Shown: positions 23,545 to 36,531, counted from the first letter of the stretch. The stretch: DNA of 64,000 nucleotides from Nitrospirales bacterium (GCA_965203295.1 CBDBCZ010000018.1:96001-160000); one strand, 5' to 3'. The notes: a model not told the origin generated them from the sequence alone. A program made the numbers and translations.

Positions 23545-25168
23545 ATGGCAACAGAGACACCCAGGAGGCATAAGAAGATGAAAAGGGTGTCTCCTCCAGC
23601 CAGTCCAGAGGTCGGCGTGCGGACAAAGGCAAAAGTTAGACCTATTTTATGAATACTTTATTTACTGTCCAGCACTTGACATTAAATCATTTGAAACCCT
23701 GACTTCCACTGAACTATCTTCCCAACAGTGAAAAAGGAAGCTTGTATACTCTGATTCAGAGGGCGGGCAGCTCCAAAAGAGTAAGGTTCTTTCTTGTAGT
23801 GGAACATACATCTGAGCTCACGATTTGTCATTTCAGGGCCGAAAGGCAGATCAGAAAGTAGTCCGTTGAAGGTCCGCTTTCATGCTCAGCTATTTCGTCT
23901 CTGTGCAAAGAGGCAGCGAAAGCTGGTGAAGCAGTTCATCCTCGAGGAAGCAACCGTGAGTAGACAGCAAGAGGCAGATGATGACGAAGAGAGCGAGGAA
24001 GAGTTCCAGGAAATAGCGGCCAGCGAAGACAACTGGGAATGTGAGAATGGTGGCAACGGCGGCGATTTCGAAGGGAGTGAGGACCTGGATGCTAGTGGCC
24101 ACAGCCTAGATCCCAAGGATGATAGCGGTAGTGAGAGTGATCACAATCAGCAGAAGCGTCCCAGGGTCAAGTCTACTTGCCGTCACTATGCCGACAACCG
24201 CTACTGGGTTAAGGCCACAGAAGAGAGACACACTACGAACGCTATCTGAGGAGGCGCTCTCCCTTGACGAAGTGACCGCGGTAGTGGAAAATCCACGCAT
24301 ATGGCACGACTTTCGTAAAGTGACGAAGAAGATTCAGGACGGCGGCAGCATCTCCAAGGAGGAGCAGGATCTCTGCACATCAACGATTCTGGTTCTGATG
24401 CTCTTTCAGAACTGGCAGCGACCTGGAGCGGTTGTCAACATGCTCGCCAGCGAGTACCGTTTGGCTGCACTAGTTTTGGAGAAGGGCAGGGAAGAGCAGG
24501 TGATTTCTATAACTGAGCATAAGACCAAGCTCAATGGGCCAGCACACACAACTTTGGAGGGGGAAGATGTCAAGCTAGTCAGGGATTACTATAATCTCAT
24601 ACGTCCGTATTGCGATCCGAAAGCAGTTGCCTCTATTTTCTGGCACTAAGCGGCGGGCGTAGGATTTCAAATGCCAACTATTATGCCCAGAAGCTAGGTC
24701 GTCAATACGATCTAGACGTTCCCAGTGCGACCCGTGTAAAAAAAATTAGTTCCACCGTATCAGTTCTATTTATCACGCAGCGCTGCAGAGACCTCCCTGC
24801 TGGCAACCCAAATTGGCCACAGCCACGCTATCCAGCAGGAACATCACCAGGCCATTACTGGTTAAAAACATGCAGCAACAGCTCATGCATTGCGAGAACA
24901 ACTGCGCAAGAAATCCAAGCCAAAAACCGCAGTTTCCTCCTCAGAGTCTTCCTCGGAGGACGTGGTGGAGCGGAAACCGAAGCAGAGAAAGTCATTCACA
25001 CCGTCAGAGACAGCTAAGATTGAGGAGTGGTTTAAAGTCTCGATAGAAAGTGGGACCACTCCAGGCAGGCTCCTCTGCAAGGACTTCATTGACGGAACAA
25101 ATTTCGACCGCGAACCAAAACATATCCAGGACAAGGTCCGCAATATAATCAAGCAGCGTAAAAAGTAA
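23545..25168 (+). pseudogene. YR-Myb gene copy 3 (frameshifted; putative short 5' exons and an acidic region)
   Basis: NWQRPGA, EHKT, PSATRVK, a GHS-like motif, and tail RKSFTPSE...REPKHIQDKVRNIIK. The 5' exon assignment (23545-24230) is tentative. Confidence 0.75.
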
Positions 25169-25522
25169 CTTAGCTACCTTAAACTGAATGCTTTATTAGC
25201 AAAGTGGTTACAGTAATCATCGTATGAACTGTTGAGTTTTCTGAGTTATCCTTCCTAACTACGTATTTTATCTATAATCCTTTGATCTTGATTTTGCATT
25301 TGTTCTTAGGATTTTTTCTGCTTATGTACTTTAGTTGATTGCACATTTTATGACGAAACTGAGTTGACCTATCCATAACATATCCTGCCCTCCTTCAATA
25401 TCTCAGCAATGGCTGATCCACCCATCCCTCCTCAAGGTTATTCCTGATTCACTGATTGGCTGAGCAGCTGCACAATCCCTCGAAGTAGGTGTCACTTCAA
25501 AATTACAAAACCAGACTAATAA

Positions 25523-25806
25523 TGTGCCACATCAAAATTGCGGAAAGCACCAGATTGAATTTGTGGCACATTTCAAAACTAACACTGCCATAATTGTGGC
25601 ACTTGCAAGCAAACTTTTGCAGCAGCTAACTTCACCTGCCGCTGCCACAGTGGGAAAATTGTGGCAGGAAAACCTCAAACGGCGGGAGATTTTGTGGCGC
25701 CTGACGTCAGCTGCCGCTGCCACAATTTGGCCAATGTGGCCTGAGGTTGGCCACAATTGGCTGAATGTGGCACTTTATGTGCCGCAAACTGAGGCCCTAA
25801 CCCTAA
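25523..25806 (+). repeat. GTGGC/GCCAC motif cluster ending in (CCCTAA)2
   Basis: More than ten TGTGGC/GCCACA motifs in both orientations, then CCCTAACCCTAA at 25795-25806. Confidence 0.75.
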
Positions 25807-26123
25807 TGCTCACTCTCACAGAGACTCCGGCTACGGCTACCTGTTCTACAGAACCGATGGAACGGCCCAACTACAGCCATCGGTGAACTTCTAAAGCAAG
25901 CCCACCATTACATCACCGACGCTTTAATGGTTCTCTCCATTGACTGTATACCTAAGCCCAATGTACGCGTTGCTATGGCCACATCCGGAATGAATTTATT
26001 CACAGTATTAACGCCGGAACACCGATTGGTTTATATCACCCAATCACTACCGTGCCCAGGTCATGCCCAAGGTTACCTCTTTTTTGATTTTTATATCATT
26101 CATGCAGTTTCTTACTAAGTATT

Positions 26124-26174
26124 GCACCTGAAGAGGCGCTCTAGCAAAAGCTATTCTGCCGAAACCAGTCGTGC
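26124..26174 (+). ncRNA. Type I hammerhead ribozyme
   Basis: GCAC-CTGAAGA-GGC...GCC-GAAA-CCAG-TC-GTGC; stem I GCAC/GTGC. Confidence 0.82.
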
Positions 26175-26340
26175 GCTTGTACTTTGTACTACTATTGTTA
26201 TAACTGCATTTAAGCTATTGAAGATATTGCTATTGAAGTATTGAAGCTAATATGATTCCCAGTGACAGTCAAACATCAGTAAGTGTTTAACATAGCATGG
26301 TGGATGATTTTAATAAATTGTTCCATTGCATGCAAAAACA

Positions 26341-28156
26341 CTAATGTCTACAACTAGACCGTGAAATCTATTTGACTTCCTGGACTCCTATACAGGTAAA
26401 TTCGACTACCTGCCGCCACTGGCGGCAGTATCGAATGCTGCTAAGAAGCAGACTCCTGCCACTGCCACTGACACCAACATGGCCAAAGGCACTCCCGCCC
26501 ATAGCACCACCAAAACTGTGGATAAAACAAAAGAACATAATCCCTCAAAAGGGAAAGGGAAAAGGCAGCAAGTAAAAGCTACTGCCACCACCCCTCGTAC
26601 AAACCGCAAATCAGCGGCTGTACTCTCTATACCACATTCAATGGCCACCAGATGGAAGAGCTCTACATCTGTCTCTTCCCGGACCTCTACCACGAGTCTC
26701 CAGTCTCTTTCACCTAACAACCCGAGGCCACCCCATAACCCTAAAAATCAGGGCCCCCACACATCGACCCCCGTAAAGAAGACCCTAAAAAAGTCTCGAA
26801 ATACCTGCCTCCCAAAAGGGAATACTCAGACTACCCAGTCTAAAGGGGACAACCCCCAATCTAAACTTAACTCTACCACAATAGTTAGTCCTCAACCCAC
26901 TCCTAATCCTGCTCTACCCTCCTCCCCCCACAGAAGAGAGAGGATGGCACAGGAAATGGAGACCGATCCTGAAGAACTCCATTTGCTCGGGCTAGCCGGA
27001 CACAGCGGTGACCCCGAGAACCCCCTGCCGGCCAGGGAGGAACAAGGACGGAGGAGTTACCAGAGACCGTCCTCACGGGTGACCACGCCCAATATCCATT
27101 ACTCGATTCTCTTGGCAGATTCGGATGATCCTCCGGGTCCTTCCCGAGAGGAGGCACCCCTTCCCCGGAACGACCTGCAGAAGGTCAAAAGGGCCATCAG
27201 TGAGGAGACAACCCATCTGGAAGAGTCCCTTATCACTATGACCAAAGCGGACTACCACCGCAACAACATGAAGTTGGCCCTGTCGTCTGGAAAATTCCCA
27301 AAGGGGCTGCAACCCAACATCCCCCTGGCTGCTTTCAAGCCAAATGCAGCCCTCCAGACCAAATGGGACGGCATCCTCACCGATTGCACAAAAAATCTGC
27401 TGGGATGCCTCATCGAACACTACGAGGACCTAGTCCGTACTGAAATGATGACCCAGGACACCCAAACCAAGACTCAACTGTCAATCAACAAGGCTAACCT
27501 TTCTGACTCTGACCAGGAGTTAATTGGTCGCTTTTGGAGGTAAGAGACAGACGCCGCAGTTAAAGAAGCGAGCCAGTTCTCTGCCTCCAAATACACAAAG
27601 GCACCAGCTCAGAGGGAGCCCCCTCACCACTCGCCCTCCCGTGGTGAATCCACCTCAGTCAGAGATGAACTGGAAGCCCTAAAGGCCTCAGTCAATAAGA
27701 TCCAAATCCGAGACAGGATTTTCGCCGCCTGGCACCCTTCCGTCAAGGACGCGGGCGCCAGCGACAACAACGGGGTCAACAAAGAGACTGCTCCCCCAAG
27801 AAAGGAAAGCCAAAAGGCTACAGGAGCACTCCTCCCTACGGAGGAAGAAATCGCAAATAAGACGGAGGACTCATAGAACACTATGTAGCCCTATGGATAG
27901 CGCTTGTATTATTAACCTATCATCTATATCTTTGACTCATATAGAGTCACACAAGTATTATGTAAAGGCTTATCATTTATCCCAAAGCCTAAGCACATCA
28001 ACCTGCAGGACCTATACCGGGACACGAACAAATTCGTGTTGAGTATGAGGTACAAAAATGAACATCATGGCCAAACCGTGGAAGTTAAACCTCGCTTCCA
28101 GAGGCGGAGCTACTATAGAGCCCCCCCAACCAGTAGTCTGTATCTGGAAAATGCAA
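26341..28156 (+). pseudogene. PLE ORF1 plus start of RT ORF (decayed, 3'-truncated)
   Basis: ORF1 motifs SRVTTPNIHYSILL, MTKADYHR and FPKGLQPNIP are shared with the 42/47 kb copies. RT start IINLSS..CKGLSFIPKP near 27910-27990. Confidence 0.82.
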
Positions 28157-28172
28157 TGGGACGGTACAAAAC

Positions 28173-28240
28173 ATGGACTCTGGACTCTGGACTGGACTGT
28201 GGACTGGACTCTGGACTGGACTCTGGACTTCATCTTGGAC
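28173..28240. repeat. TGGAC(TC) microsatellite at the end of an inserted element
   Basis: Repeated TGGACTC/TGGAC units right after the PLE breakpoint. Confidence 0.85.
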
Positions 28241-28661
28241 TTTATAATGGGCTGTCATCGAAATGCTAACTAGGGTACTACACTCGACTATGTACTAGCA
28301 CGTGCTCTATTATCTATGGTACTAGCTACATGTAGCTTGACCCGACACGTCTTAGAGTCTACTTAATGAGATTCATTCGTTGATTAATGCTACGGTATGC
28401 AGTAAATGTACACCTACGCAGTGTTTCCGGAAGCAGTGGTCACGAGACTAAGCAACCGGTAGTAGCTAAAAATAGAAGTCTCCTTAAGTGGGGTGGGAAG
28501 CATTGGCTTGACAGAAAGGCCGCATGACCGTGAGGCGCAGCAGCGCCAGTATTTAAGTCCCTACACGTGGCGTCTCTTGTCAGTTTTGTCGTAGAATGAG
28601 CATGAGAGTGGTGGCGTTTTTGGTGCTGGTTGTTGCTTCGTTGTTGTGGTGTGTCCGTTGG

Positions 28662-29648
28662 AAGGCGCGAGTGTGCCTGACCGCTTCTCTGGCTGGAGAG
28701 CACCCGCTCGAGAGCCCTCTTCGTCAATGCGCTATATGCCAGGCCGGGGAACACTTGTCTGAGCGTCCCTGTCGGTTTTCTATTGGAGAAAAATCTACCG
28801 AAAGCCCTTCTGTGTTGCTACCTGCCTGGAGACCACTCGCACAATCCTCCCACGGTGGAGTCCGGTTGCAGAGCATCAGCGCGAGCTCTTCCCCGTCGGT
28901 GCTGTATTGTAGGGCACCTGCCCGGAGGTCCTCTTTGTCGGTTAGTTACCGGAGATCACTTGTCCAAGAGCCCCCCTCGTCGCTCGCCTTCCAGAGACCA
29001 CTCTCGAGAGAGCCAACCCCATTTTTGCTCCCCCAGACGCCGCACTTGGTTGCTTGGCCGGAGAGCACCATTCGCCGGTGCCTAACGGAAGAGCATCTGT
29101 CTGAGAGCCCCCCTCGTTGGTGCCCTGGGAATCACCGGCCCGAGTGTTTTGATTCACAGGCGCGAGTGTGCCTGACCGCTTCTCTGGCTGGAGAGCGCCC
29201 GCTCGAGAGCCCTCTTCGCCAATGCCAGGCCGGGCCCGAGCGTCCCCGTCAGTGTTCTATCGGAGAACATCCTCCCGAACGGCCTTCCTTGTTGCTACCT
29301 GTCTGTAGAACACTCGCACAATCCTTCCACGTTGGAGTCCGGTTGCAGAGCAGCAGCGCGAGCTCTTCCCCGTCGGTGCTGTATTGTAGGGCACCTGCCC
29401 GGTGGTCCTCTTTGTCGGTTAGTTACCGGAGATCACTTGCCCAAGAGCTCCCCTCGTTGTTGGCCTACCAGATACCACCCTCGAGAGAGCCAACCCCATT
29501 TTTGCTCCCCCAGACGTCACTTGCACAAACTTTGTACTTCGTTGCCTGGCCAGAGAGCACCATTCGTCGGTGCCAAACCGGAGAGCATCTGTCTGAGAGC
29601 CCCCCTCATTGGTGCCCTGGGAATCACCGGCCCGAGTGTTTCGATTCA
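28662..29648. repeat. Direct duplication of ~490 bp
   Basis: 28662-29157 and 29158-29648 both start AGGCGCGAGTGTGCCTGACC and end CCGAGTGTTT(T/C)GATTCAC. Confidence 0.9.
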
Positions 29649-29889
29649 CCAATGGCGGCAAAAACGAAGCTATCGTGATATCGTCTGAAAGTGACCTCGA
29701 AGAGGTACGACCACCTTCAGAATTGAAAGTGTTTACCCCTACTAAACGTCCACCGTCATCCTCATCCGAGACCAGGTTGGCTATTTAAGATTTTATCGTC
29801 AATGAACCGCGCATGCTTTATTCTAATGCTAATGTGTGCAGTGATTGTGTAATCTCGTCATATCACTACATAGTTTTCCTTAAGTAATA

Positions 29890-30067
29890 TTTATATACCA
29901 GTTGGCAGTGCATTACAGGATTTAGTTAGTGCGCGAGGACAATTAAGTAACGGTCGAGGGCGGATAATGCACGAGCCCAAGGCGAGTGCATTATCCGCCC
30001 TCGACCGTTACTTAATTGTCCGAGCGCACTAACTAGTCCCGTAATGCACTGCCAACTGGTATATAAA
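29890..30067. repeat. Long near-perfect palindrome (~85-bp arms)
   Basis: TTTATATACCAGTTGGCAGTGCATTAC...GATAATGCAC-GAGCCCAAGGCGA-GTGCATTATC...GTAATGCACTGCCAACTGGTATATAAA. Confidence 0.92.
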
Positions 30068-31629
30068 CTATTTAGTTTTCTCACTGACCTGAGACAGCCA
30101 TAGTTCTATTGAGCGTTATTTAGAAGTGTGCACTATCCAGATAATGCACACTCAAGTGTGCATTAAGCGATTTAATGCACAGTCATGTGATCGATTTTGA
30201 GACTTCTGATTCGTCGAAGGTCACGTGAGTAGCACTAAGTAATCCTAATGCTGTTGGCATTGTGTTCTTTCCCTTTTTGGACACATGCAGTGACGAGAGT
30301 GGAGACGAACACTGCAGTTGTGTCTTCAAAAAGGGATCAGGCTGCAGGAAACAGTAAGTTTATGATTATAAACCATAGTGACGATGTGTATGCGGCGAAT
30401 ATGCTACCCTTGACCTCGGTCGTCTAACGTTTGCAGTACATATAGCCCAGGCTTAAGGCTATACTGAGTTCAAGGGTGGTATATTGGCCATATATATGCT
30501 GAATTACGATGGTTCATTGTTTGCTGTAGTGACAGCGCATAAGTGTCTAGCTAGATAGATAAGTAAAAACTAGAAGACCCCCGAGAAAGCTTGAATCAGC
30601 TTCAGTTATGTGTATGCTAACTTGTACAGCGGGTTTCTCTATCATTGCCCACTTTTAGAGTAAAGACCGCTGCACTAATGGGTGGGTGTGGATTTAGGCT
30701 TTGAAGTCCTCTTCTGAAAGCATGGGAGTCAGGACAAGCTTCATGCGTGTAGATAATTACATTCCATGATCGTGTGAATGAAAATACGGCGTTGTGCAAC
30801 TAAGATATGGAGTTAGCTACAAAGAAACTGCTGTACTCACTAGAACAGTGGGGCTTATTCCACGGACTAACCAATAGCAAGTTCTGTGGTTCAGGAGAGG
30901 AGTCACATTCCAGCATATATTTTTTTTTATTACTGGTGAGTGTGGCATGCCAGGTTCAGAACGCATGCATGCCCATGCTGTGCCTTACCATCAGAAACCG
31001 ATTCAGGCTTCTACTTAGAAGGTTCCCCATTACCTAAGGCTTCCTAATTAGATTCATGTGTAACAGCTGTCATAGTAGTCTAGGGGACATGCTGTACTGA
31101 ACCCTGACTCAGCAATATACTGACCTTTGGTATCTTTGTCCCCATGCTGTGCTTTTCATGCAACTTCCCACTCACTATGAATAGCTAAGGATGCATTTCT
31201 CCTCTGATGTGTATTGCAAGGAATGATCTTTGTACAGGATTCTAAATGCATAAAAGCGTTCACCCTCCCTTTGGTCTGGTGTTTTCTTTGCTTTCATTTT
31301 GTTGAAAGACAAAGATTCTGCCAAACCTGTGTCAAAAAGCACCTTTGTACGAGTAATTTTGCTGCTGTAGCGCTTGTGCCATTGACCATTAACCGACATA
31401 TGCAAGCGGAGCTTTGCTGCAAGATGCTCTATGGCAGCTCAGTGACTAAGGTGTATACAAAAAGCCTTGTCGTAAATGTGCAAGACTTAATGCTTTGCAC
31501 GCCTACTATAGTGTGACCGTATACAAAAAAGGGTATTTATAGTACTTACATGTAGGTCTTACCTCAGGAAGAAAAAATGGGGTGAAAACTCCAGGAGTGA
31601 ACATATAACCCAAAACCCCACGTTGCTGC

Positions 31630-32850
31630 ATGGCGCAAAGCGACGAGGAGAGGGTAGCTGATTTCAGACGCCGGTTGGAGCGCACGTTCAACGTTGCTTA
31701 CGGGAGGGAAGGCATGTCAACCGAAACACGCGACACTCTCCTGCATGGCCAGCTCCAGGACGGGCTCAAACACGAGCTCATGAAAGCAGCAGCTGTAGGG
31801 GCCCAGAGCTACAAAGCCCTCTGCCTCGCGGCCCGAAATGAGAAGAGGCTTGCCGAGCTGAAGAAGAGGCAACAATATCTCAAGCCCTCTGTTGCCCCAC
31901 CTCGACCGCTTAAGAAGCTGGCGGAGAACAAGCTGTTCGTCCCCACTGCAAGCAAGCCGGGGTATCCTAAGGCAACTAGCCCCGACACCAGGAAGTGCTT
32001 CTTGTGCCAGAAGCCGGGCCATCTTACACGTGAGTGTCGGGCAAGGCCCACAGAGCGTGGTGGGCAGAGCAACCTCAAGGAGACACCCGTTGTCACCAAG
32101 AAAGTGACCGCCAATCCGCAGGCTGCGGAGCAGGGACACTTTGAGTCGCTCCAAGAGTGCCTGTACTCTTCGGACGAGGACACCGCTACCGCCGCAGTGA
32201 GTATGGTCCGAGTGGCTGACAAGGGGAGTAAGTCGCAGTGTGTCCAGGTCCAAGTGCAGGAAGTCCTCGCCTACGGTGTCCTGGACAGTGGTGCGGATAT
32301 CACCATTATGGGTGGAGCACTCTTCCGGAAAGTAGCCACTGTCGCCCGATTGAAGAAGAGGGACCTAAAGAGGCCAGACAAAACTCCCCGGAACTACGAC
32401 CAGACCCCCTTCACCTTAAATGGTCGAATAGACCTGGACATCACTTTTGAAGACCGCACCATGTGTACCCCAGTATACATCAAGACCGATGCTCATGAAC
32501 ATCTTCTATCAGAAGGCGTCTGTCGGCAGCTTGGCATCCTGCAGTATCACTCTAGCGTCGAACCCTGGAGAGGAGTGAGGAAGCGGAGCCAGACCCAGGC
32601 CCGCACGTCGGGTCGCAGTCATCCGGAGAAGAATACCCATGATGTTTCTAAGGAGACTACCCCTACCGACGATCGACATCAGCCAGCTGAGCAGGCCGTA
32701 GAAGTGCCCACAGTCAGGGTCAATCTAGTACAGTCCCTGAACCTGCTCCCTCACCAGGGCGCCACTGTTAGTGTCAGTCTAGGACCTGGCAGTAGGCTAC
32801 CAGAGTCAGAGCCAGTTCTGCTGGAGCCTGTGAGTCTTTCGTACACGTAG
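31630..32850 (+). pseudogene. Gypsy gag C-terminus and aspartic protease
   Basis: CCHC knuckle CFLCQKPGHLTREC; LDSGAD protease motif. Confidence 0.9.
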
Positions 32851-32924
32851 ACGACTCGGTCCTCCAGTTCGATAGAGGACTCGCGCAAGTTGCCATCTTC
32901 AATTCCACCGGCTGCTCATGTTCA

Positions 32925-35900
32925 GTGGAGGCGGGCATGGAGCTGGGTGAAGCGTCTGTGGTCACCCTCATTCCACCAGATTCGTTCCCAACAGAGGAAG
33001 CAAGGGATCCAAGCAGTGAAGACAGCACATTAGCAGTCGTCAACCGGGTCACAGAGTCGGAGGTAACACAGAGAAAGCAGATGCTCTGCGAGCTAGTCGG
33101 CACGCCAGAACTTTTGACACCCACGCAGACGGAGGAGCTGCATCAGTTCTTGGGAGAGCAGCATGAAGCGTTTTGTCTTGAACGCAAGGAGCGAGGGGAA
33201 ACAGATATTCTCACCATGGAGATTGACACCGGTGACGCTCGGCCGAAGAAGCAGCCAGCACGCAGGATGCCCTTTGCTGTACGATCCGAAGTCGCCAAGC
33301 AACTGCAGAGTATGCAGGAGGCAGAGGTGATACAGCCGTCCAATAGCCCCTGGGCTAGTCCAGTAGTGATGGTTCGAAAACGAGACGGGACACACAGGTT
33401 CTGTGTGGATTATCGAGAGCTCAATTCAGTCACCAAGGCAGATACTTTCCCGCTGCCTCGAATCGATGACCTTCTCAATCAACTGGGAGCTGCACGCTAC
33501 TTCAGCACTCTAGACCTCGCGTCGGGGTATTGGCAGATACGTATGCCCCCTGACTCTGTTGAGAAGACCGCATTTACCACCCCACACGGACTACACGAGT
33601 TTCGGGTGATGCCTTTCGGCCTGACCAATGCGCCTGGCGTGTTCCAGCGTCTCATGGAGAAGGTTCTGGCCGGTCTGAACCCCCCAGATGGATCTGCCTT
33701 CGTAGTCGTGTATATCGACAACGTTCTTGTGTTTTCCCGCAGCCTTGAGGAGCACTTGGAGCACCTGCGTCGAGTGATCCTGCGCATCTGTGAGGCTGGA
33801 CTGAAGCTGAAGCCCAGCAAGTGCCACTTCATCCGTGAGGAGGTGGAGTACCTTGGGCATCTGATAACCCCACAAGGGCTGAAGACTAATGCCAGACTCA
33901 CAGCTGCTGTTGCCGAGTTCCCACGCCCGCAGAACGTATCGGAAGTGCAGAGATTCTTGGGGCTTAGTTCCTACTATCGCCGGTTTGTGTCCAACTTTGC
34001 CCGAGTTGCAAGTCCATTGCACGCATTGACACGGAAAGGAGCCGAGTTCGAGTGGACTAACGAATGTGAGGTGTCGTTTCAGGCTCTGAAGGAAAAGCTG
34101 ACATCTGCCCCAGTTCTCGCATACCCCTCCTTTGAGAGATCCTTCGTCCTCGAAACAGATGCAAGCATCGCAGGGATTGGAGCCGTGCTGTCCCAGCCAC
34201 AAGACGATGGTCTTTCTGCATCCCGTCGCATTTGCCAGTCGATCGCTAACCCCATCAGAGCGAAATTATGCGATCACTGAGCTCGAGACCCTTGCTGTTG
34301 TGTGGGCCATAACCCATTTCATCCCCTACCTGTACGGCCACGAGGTTACGGTCTTTACAGACCACACAGCAGTCAAGGCCGTCCTCGAGACCCCGAACCC
34401 CTCTGGCAAGCATGCCAGATGGTGGACACGAGTGTACGGGAGTGGAGTCAAGAGTGTAACCATTCGGTATCGGCCTGGACGACAGAACAGTAGTGCCGAT
34501 GCCCTCTCACGGAGCCCACAGGCCCCTTCTCCAGCAGCCGGAGTTGGACAAGCTGAGTTCCAGGTTGCGGCAGTGAGCACCGAGGCTGCCGACCCTGTTC
34601 TGGATATTCAGACACTCTTGAATGCAGAACCTGCATGTCCAGTGCTTGACAGTTTTGCAGTGGAGCAGCGGAAAGATTCTGACCTACAAGAGGTCATCGC
34701 CTTCTTAGAGAAAGAAGAACTCCCTTACGAACAGAAGAGAGCCAGGAAGATCGCCCTGCAAGCCCCCATGTTCACCATTGAAGACCGGATCCTGTTTTAT
34801 GTCGATCCCAAACACCAGCACCAGAAGAGAGTGGTGGTCCCCAGTCATCTGCAGGAGCAGATCCTCAGAGAGAACCATTCGAGTGGAATGGGCGGACACT
34901 TTTCTGGACGAAGGACCTATGGTGCGTTAGTACGTCGGTGGTGGTGGGATGGGATGCATGCTGATGCGTTACGATTTGCACGCAATTGTCCTGCCTGTGC
35001 CATTGTGTCGGGGGCCGGGAAGCTACAACGCCCTCCTTTGCACCCCATCCCAGTGCAACGCCCTTTCCAGATTGTGGGGGTGGACTTAATGGATTTGCCA
35101 AAGACCCTGGAGGGTAACTGCCATGTGCTAGTCTTCCAAGACTATCTTACGAAGTGGCCGCTCGTCTATGCAATCCCAGATCAGAAGTCCATCCGGATTG
35201 CACGAGCTCTTGTAGAAGAGGTAGTACCATTCTTTGGGGTCCCGGAGGCCTTGTTGTCTGACCGAGGAGCTAACCTGCTCTCTCATCTGATGAAGGATGT
35301 CTGAGATCTTTTGGGCATCAAGAAGCTCAACAGAGGTTTAATCGTACCCTGAAAACGATGCTACGGAAACAAGCAGCCACATTTGGCTCCCAGTGGGACC
35401 GTTACCTGCCTGGTGTTCTCTGGGCATACCGGAATACTCCTCACGAGGCCACCGGAGAGAAGCCATCGTTCCTCCTGTTCGGAGTCGATTGCCGCAGTCC
35501 AACTGAAGCCGCATTGCTGCCACCCAGTCCCATTGAGCCTACGACTGTGTCGAATTATCGTGAACAGGTCATTCTGTCACTGTCTACTGCCCGAGAGCTC
35601 GCTGCCAAATCAATCCTGAAGGCGCAGAAGAAATACAAAGCTCGCTACGACAAGAAAGCCGCTACTACGCACCTGAAGGTCGGGGACTGGGTGCTAATAA
35701 GATTCCCTCAGGAGGAAGTTGGGAAACAGCGTAAGCTTTCACGCCCTTGGCATGGTCCCTACCGGATAGTCTCCAGGACTGATCCCGACGTGACAGCCGT
35801 CCGCGTATACTCGCCTCAAGACAAGACCATACGAGTACATCTGTCGAGAGTTACTCCGTGTCCCAGTGAGTTCCCTCCAGGGTATTACTGGTATGGCTCT

Positions 35901-36269
35901 AAAAGACACTCTCCTGGACGCCCGCCAAAGTGGGTACAGCAACTACTAGCTGGAGATGGTGATGAGCCCGATGTCAATGAGCCCCCCCATGCTGAGACTG
36001 GTGGGACCACTGCGGAAGATTCTTCAGACACTGAAGACCGTGAGGATGAAGGCTGTGAGCAAGTTGTGCCCTCTGATGTCGAGGTTGAATCCGAAAACGA
36101 AAGGGATCCCAAGATGGAAGTCGTGACTGATACCCTTAGGCCAGCCCATCCTGGTGGCTCACACCGCTACTCACTTCGAAGACGAGTTGCTGCACCGGAA
36201 CGATTGATGCTCATCGAGACACACTCGAGGTCGAGCTTTCCTGAAGGGGAGGGTGATGTTGCGGACTGA
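32925..36269 (+). pseudogene. Gypsy pol (RT, RNase H, integrase), broken into three frames
   Basis: RFCVDYR, LDLASGYWQI, MPFGL, YIDN (YIDD mutated), ETDAS, HHCC, GVDLMD, LSDRG, WHGPY. Confidence 0.93.
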
Positions 36270-36412
36270 GACTTGAACTTTGAACTGTATTATTATTCAT
36301 ACACTCACACATGTGAGCTAGGTAGTAGTCATTGCATTGTCTTTTGTTTCTTTGTTCTATTTATACGTGTGCTGTATTTCTAATTGAGTTGGTTTTGATG
36401 GGAGCCGTAACA
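36257..36412 (+). repeat. 3' LTR (156 bp)
   Basis: Follows PPT GAAGGGGAGGG; termini TGTTGCGG...CCGTAACA. Confidence 0.8.
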
Positions 36413-36531
36413 TACAGCCACTGAAGGCAGGCACACTGCAGCAACAGCTACAGCAATATCGTGCTCAGACCAAGATTGTGATGCTGTGGCCACAACAATG
36501 TCTCACTCTCGGCAGACTCAGATGGCATATT

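Larger units (their letters stand above)
31630..36412 (+). mobile_element. Ty3/Gypsy LTR retrotransposon, 5'-truncated and decayed
   Basis: Domain order gag-PR-RT-RH-IN, polypurine tract and 3' LTR present; no 5' LTR found. Confidence 0.93.

Noticed and set aside
28596..29678. 360-aa ORF as a host gene
   Set aside because: Made of a tandem duplication with no recognisable domain.
30600..31630. 5' LTR and primer binding site of the Gypsy element
   Set aside because: No copy of 36257-36412 found; gag starts abruptly.
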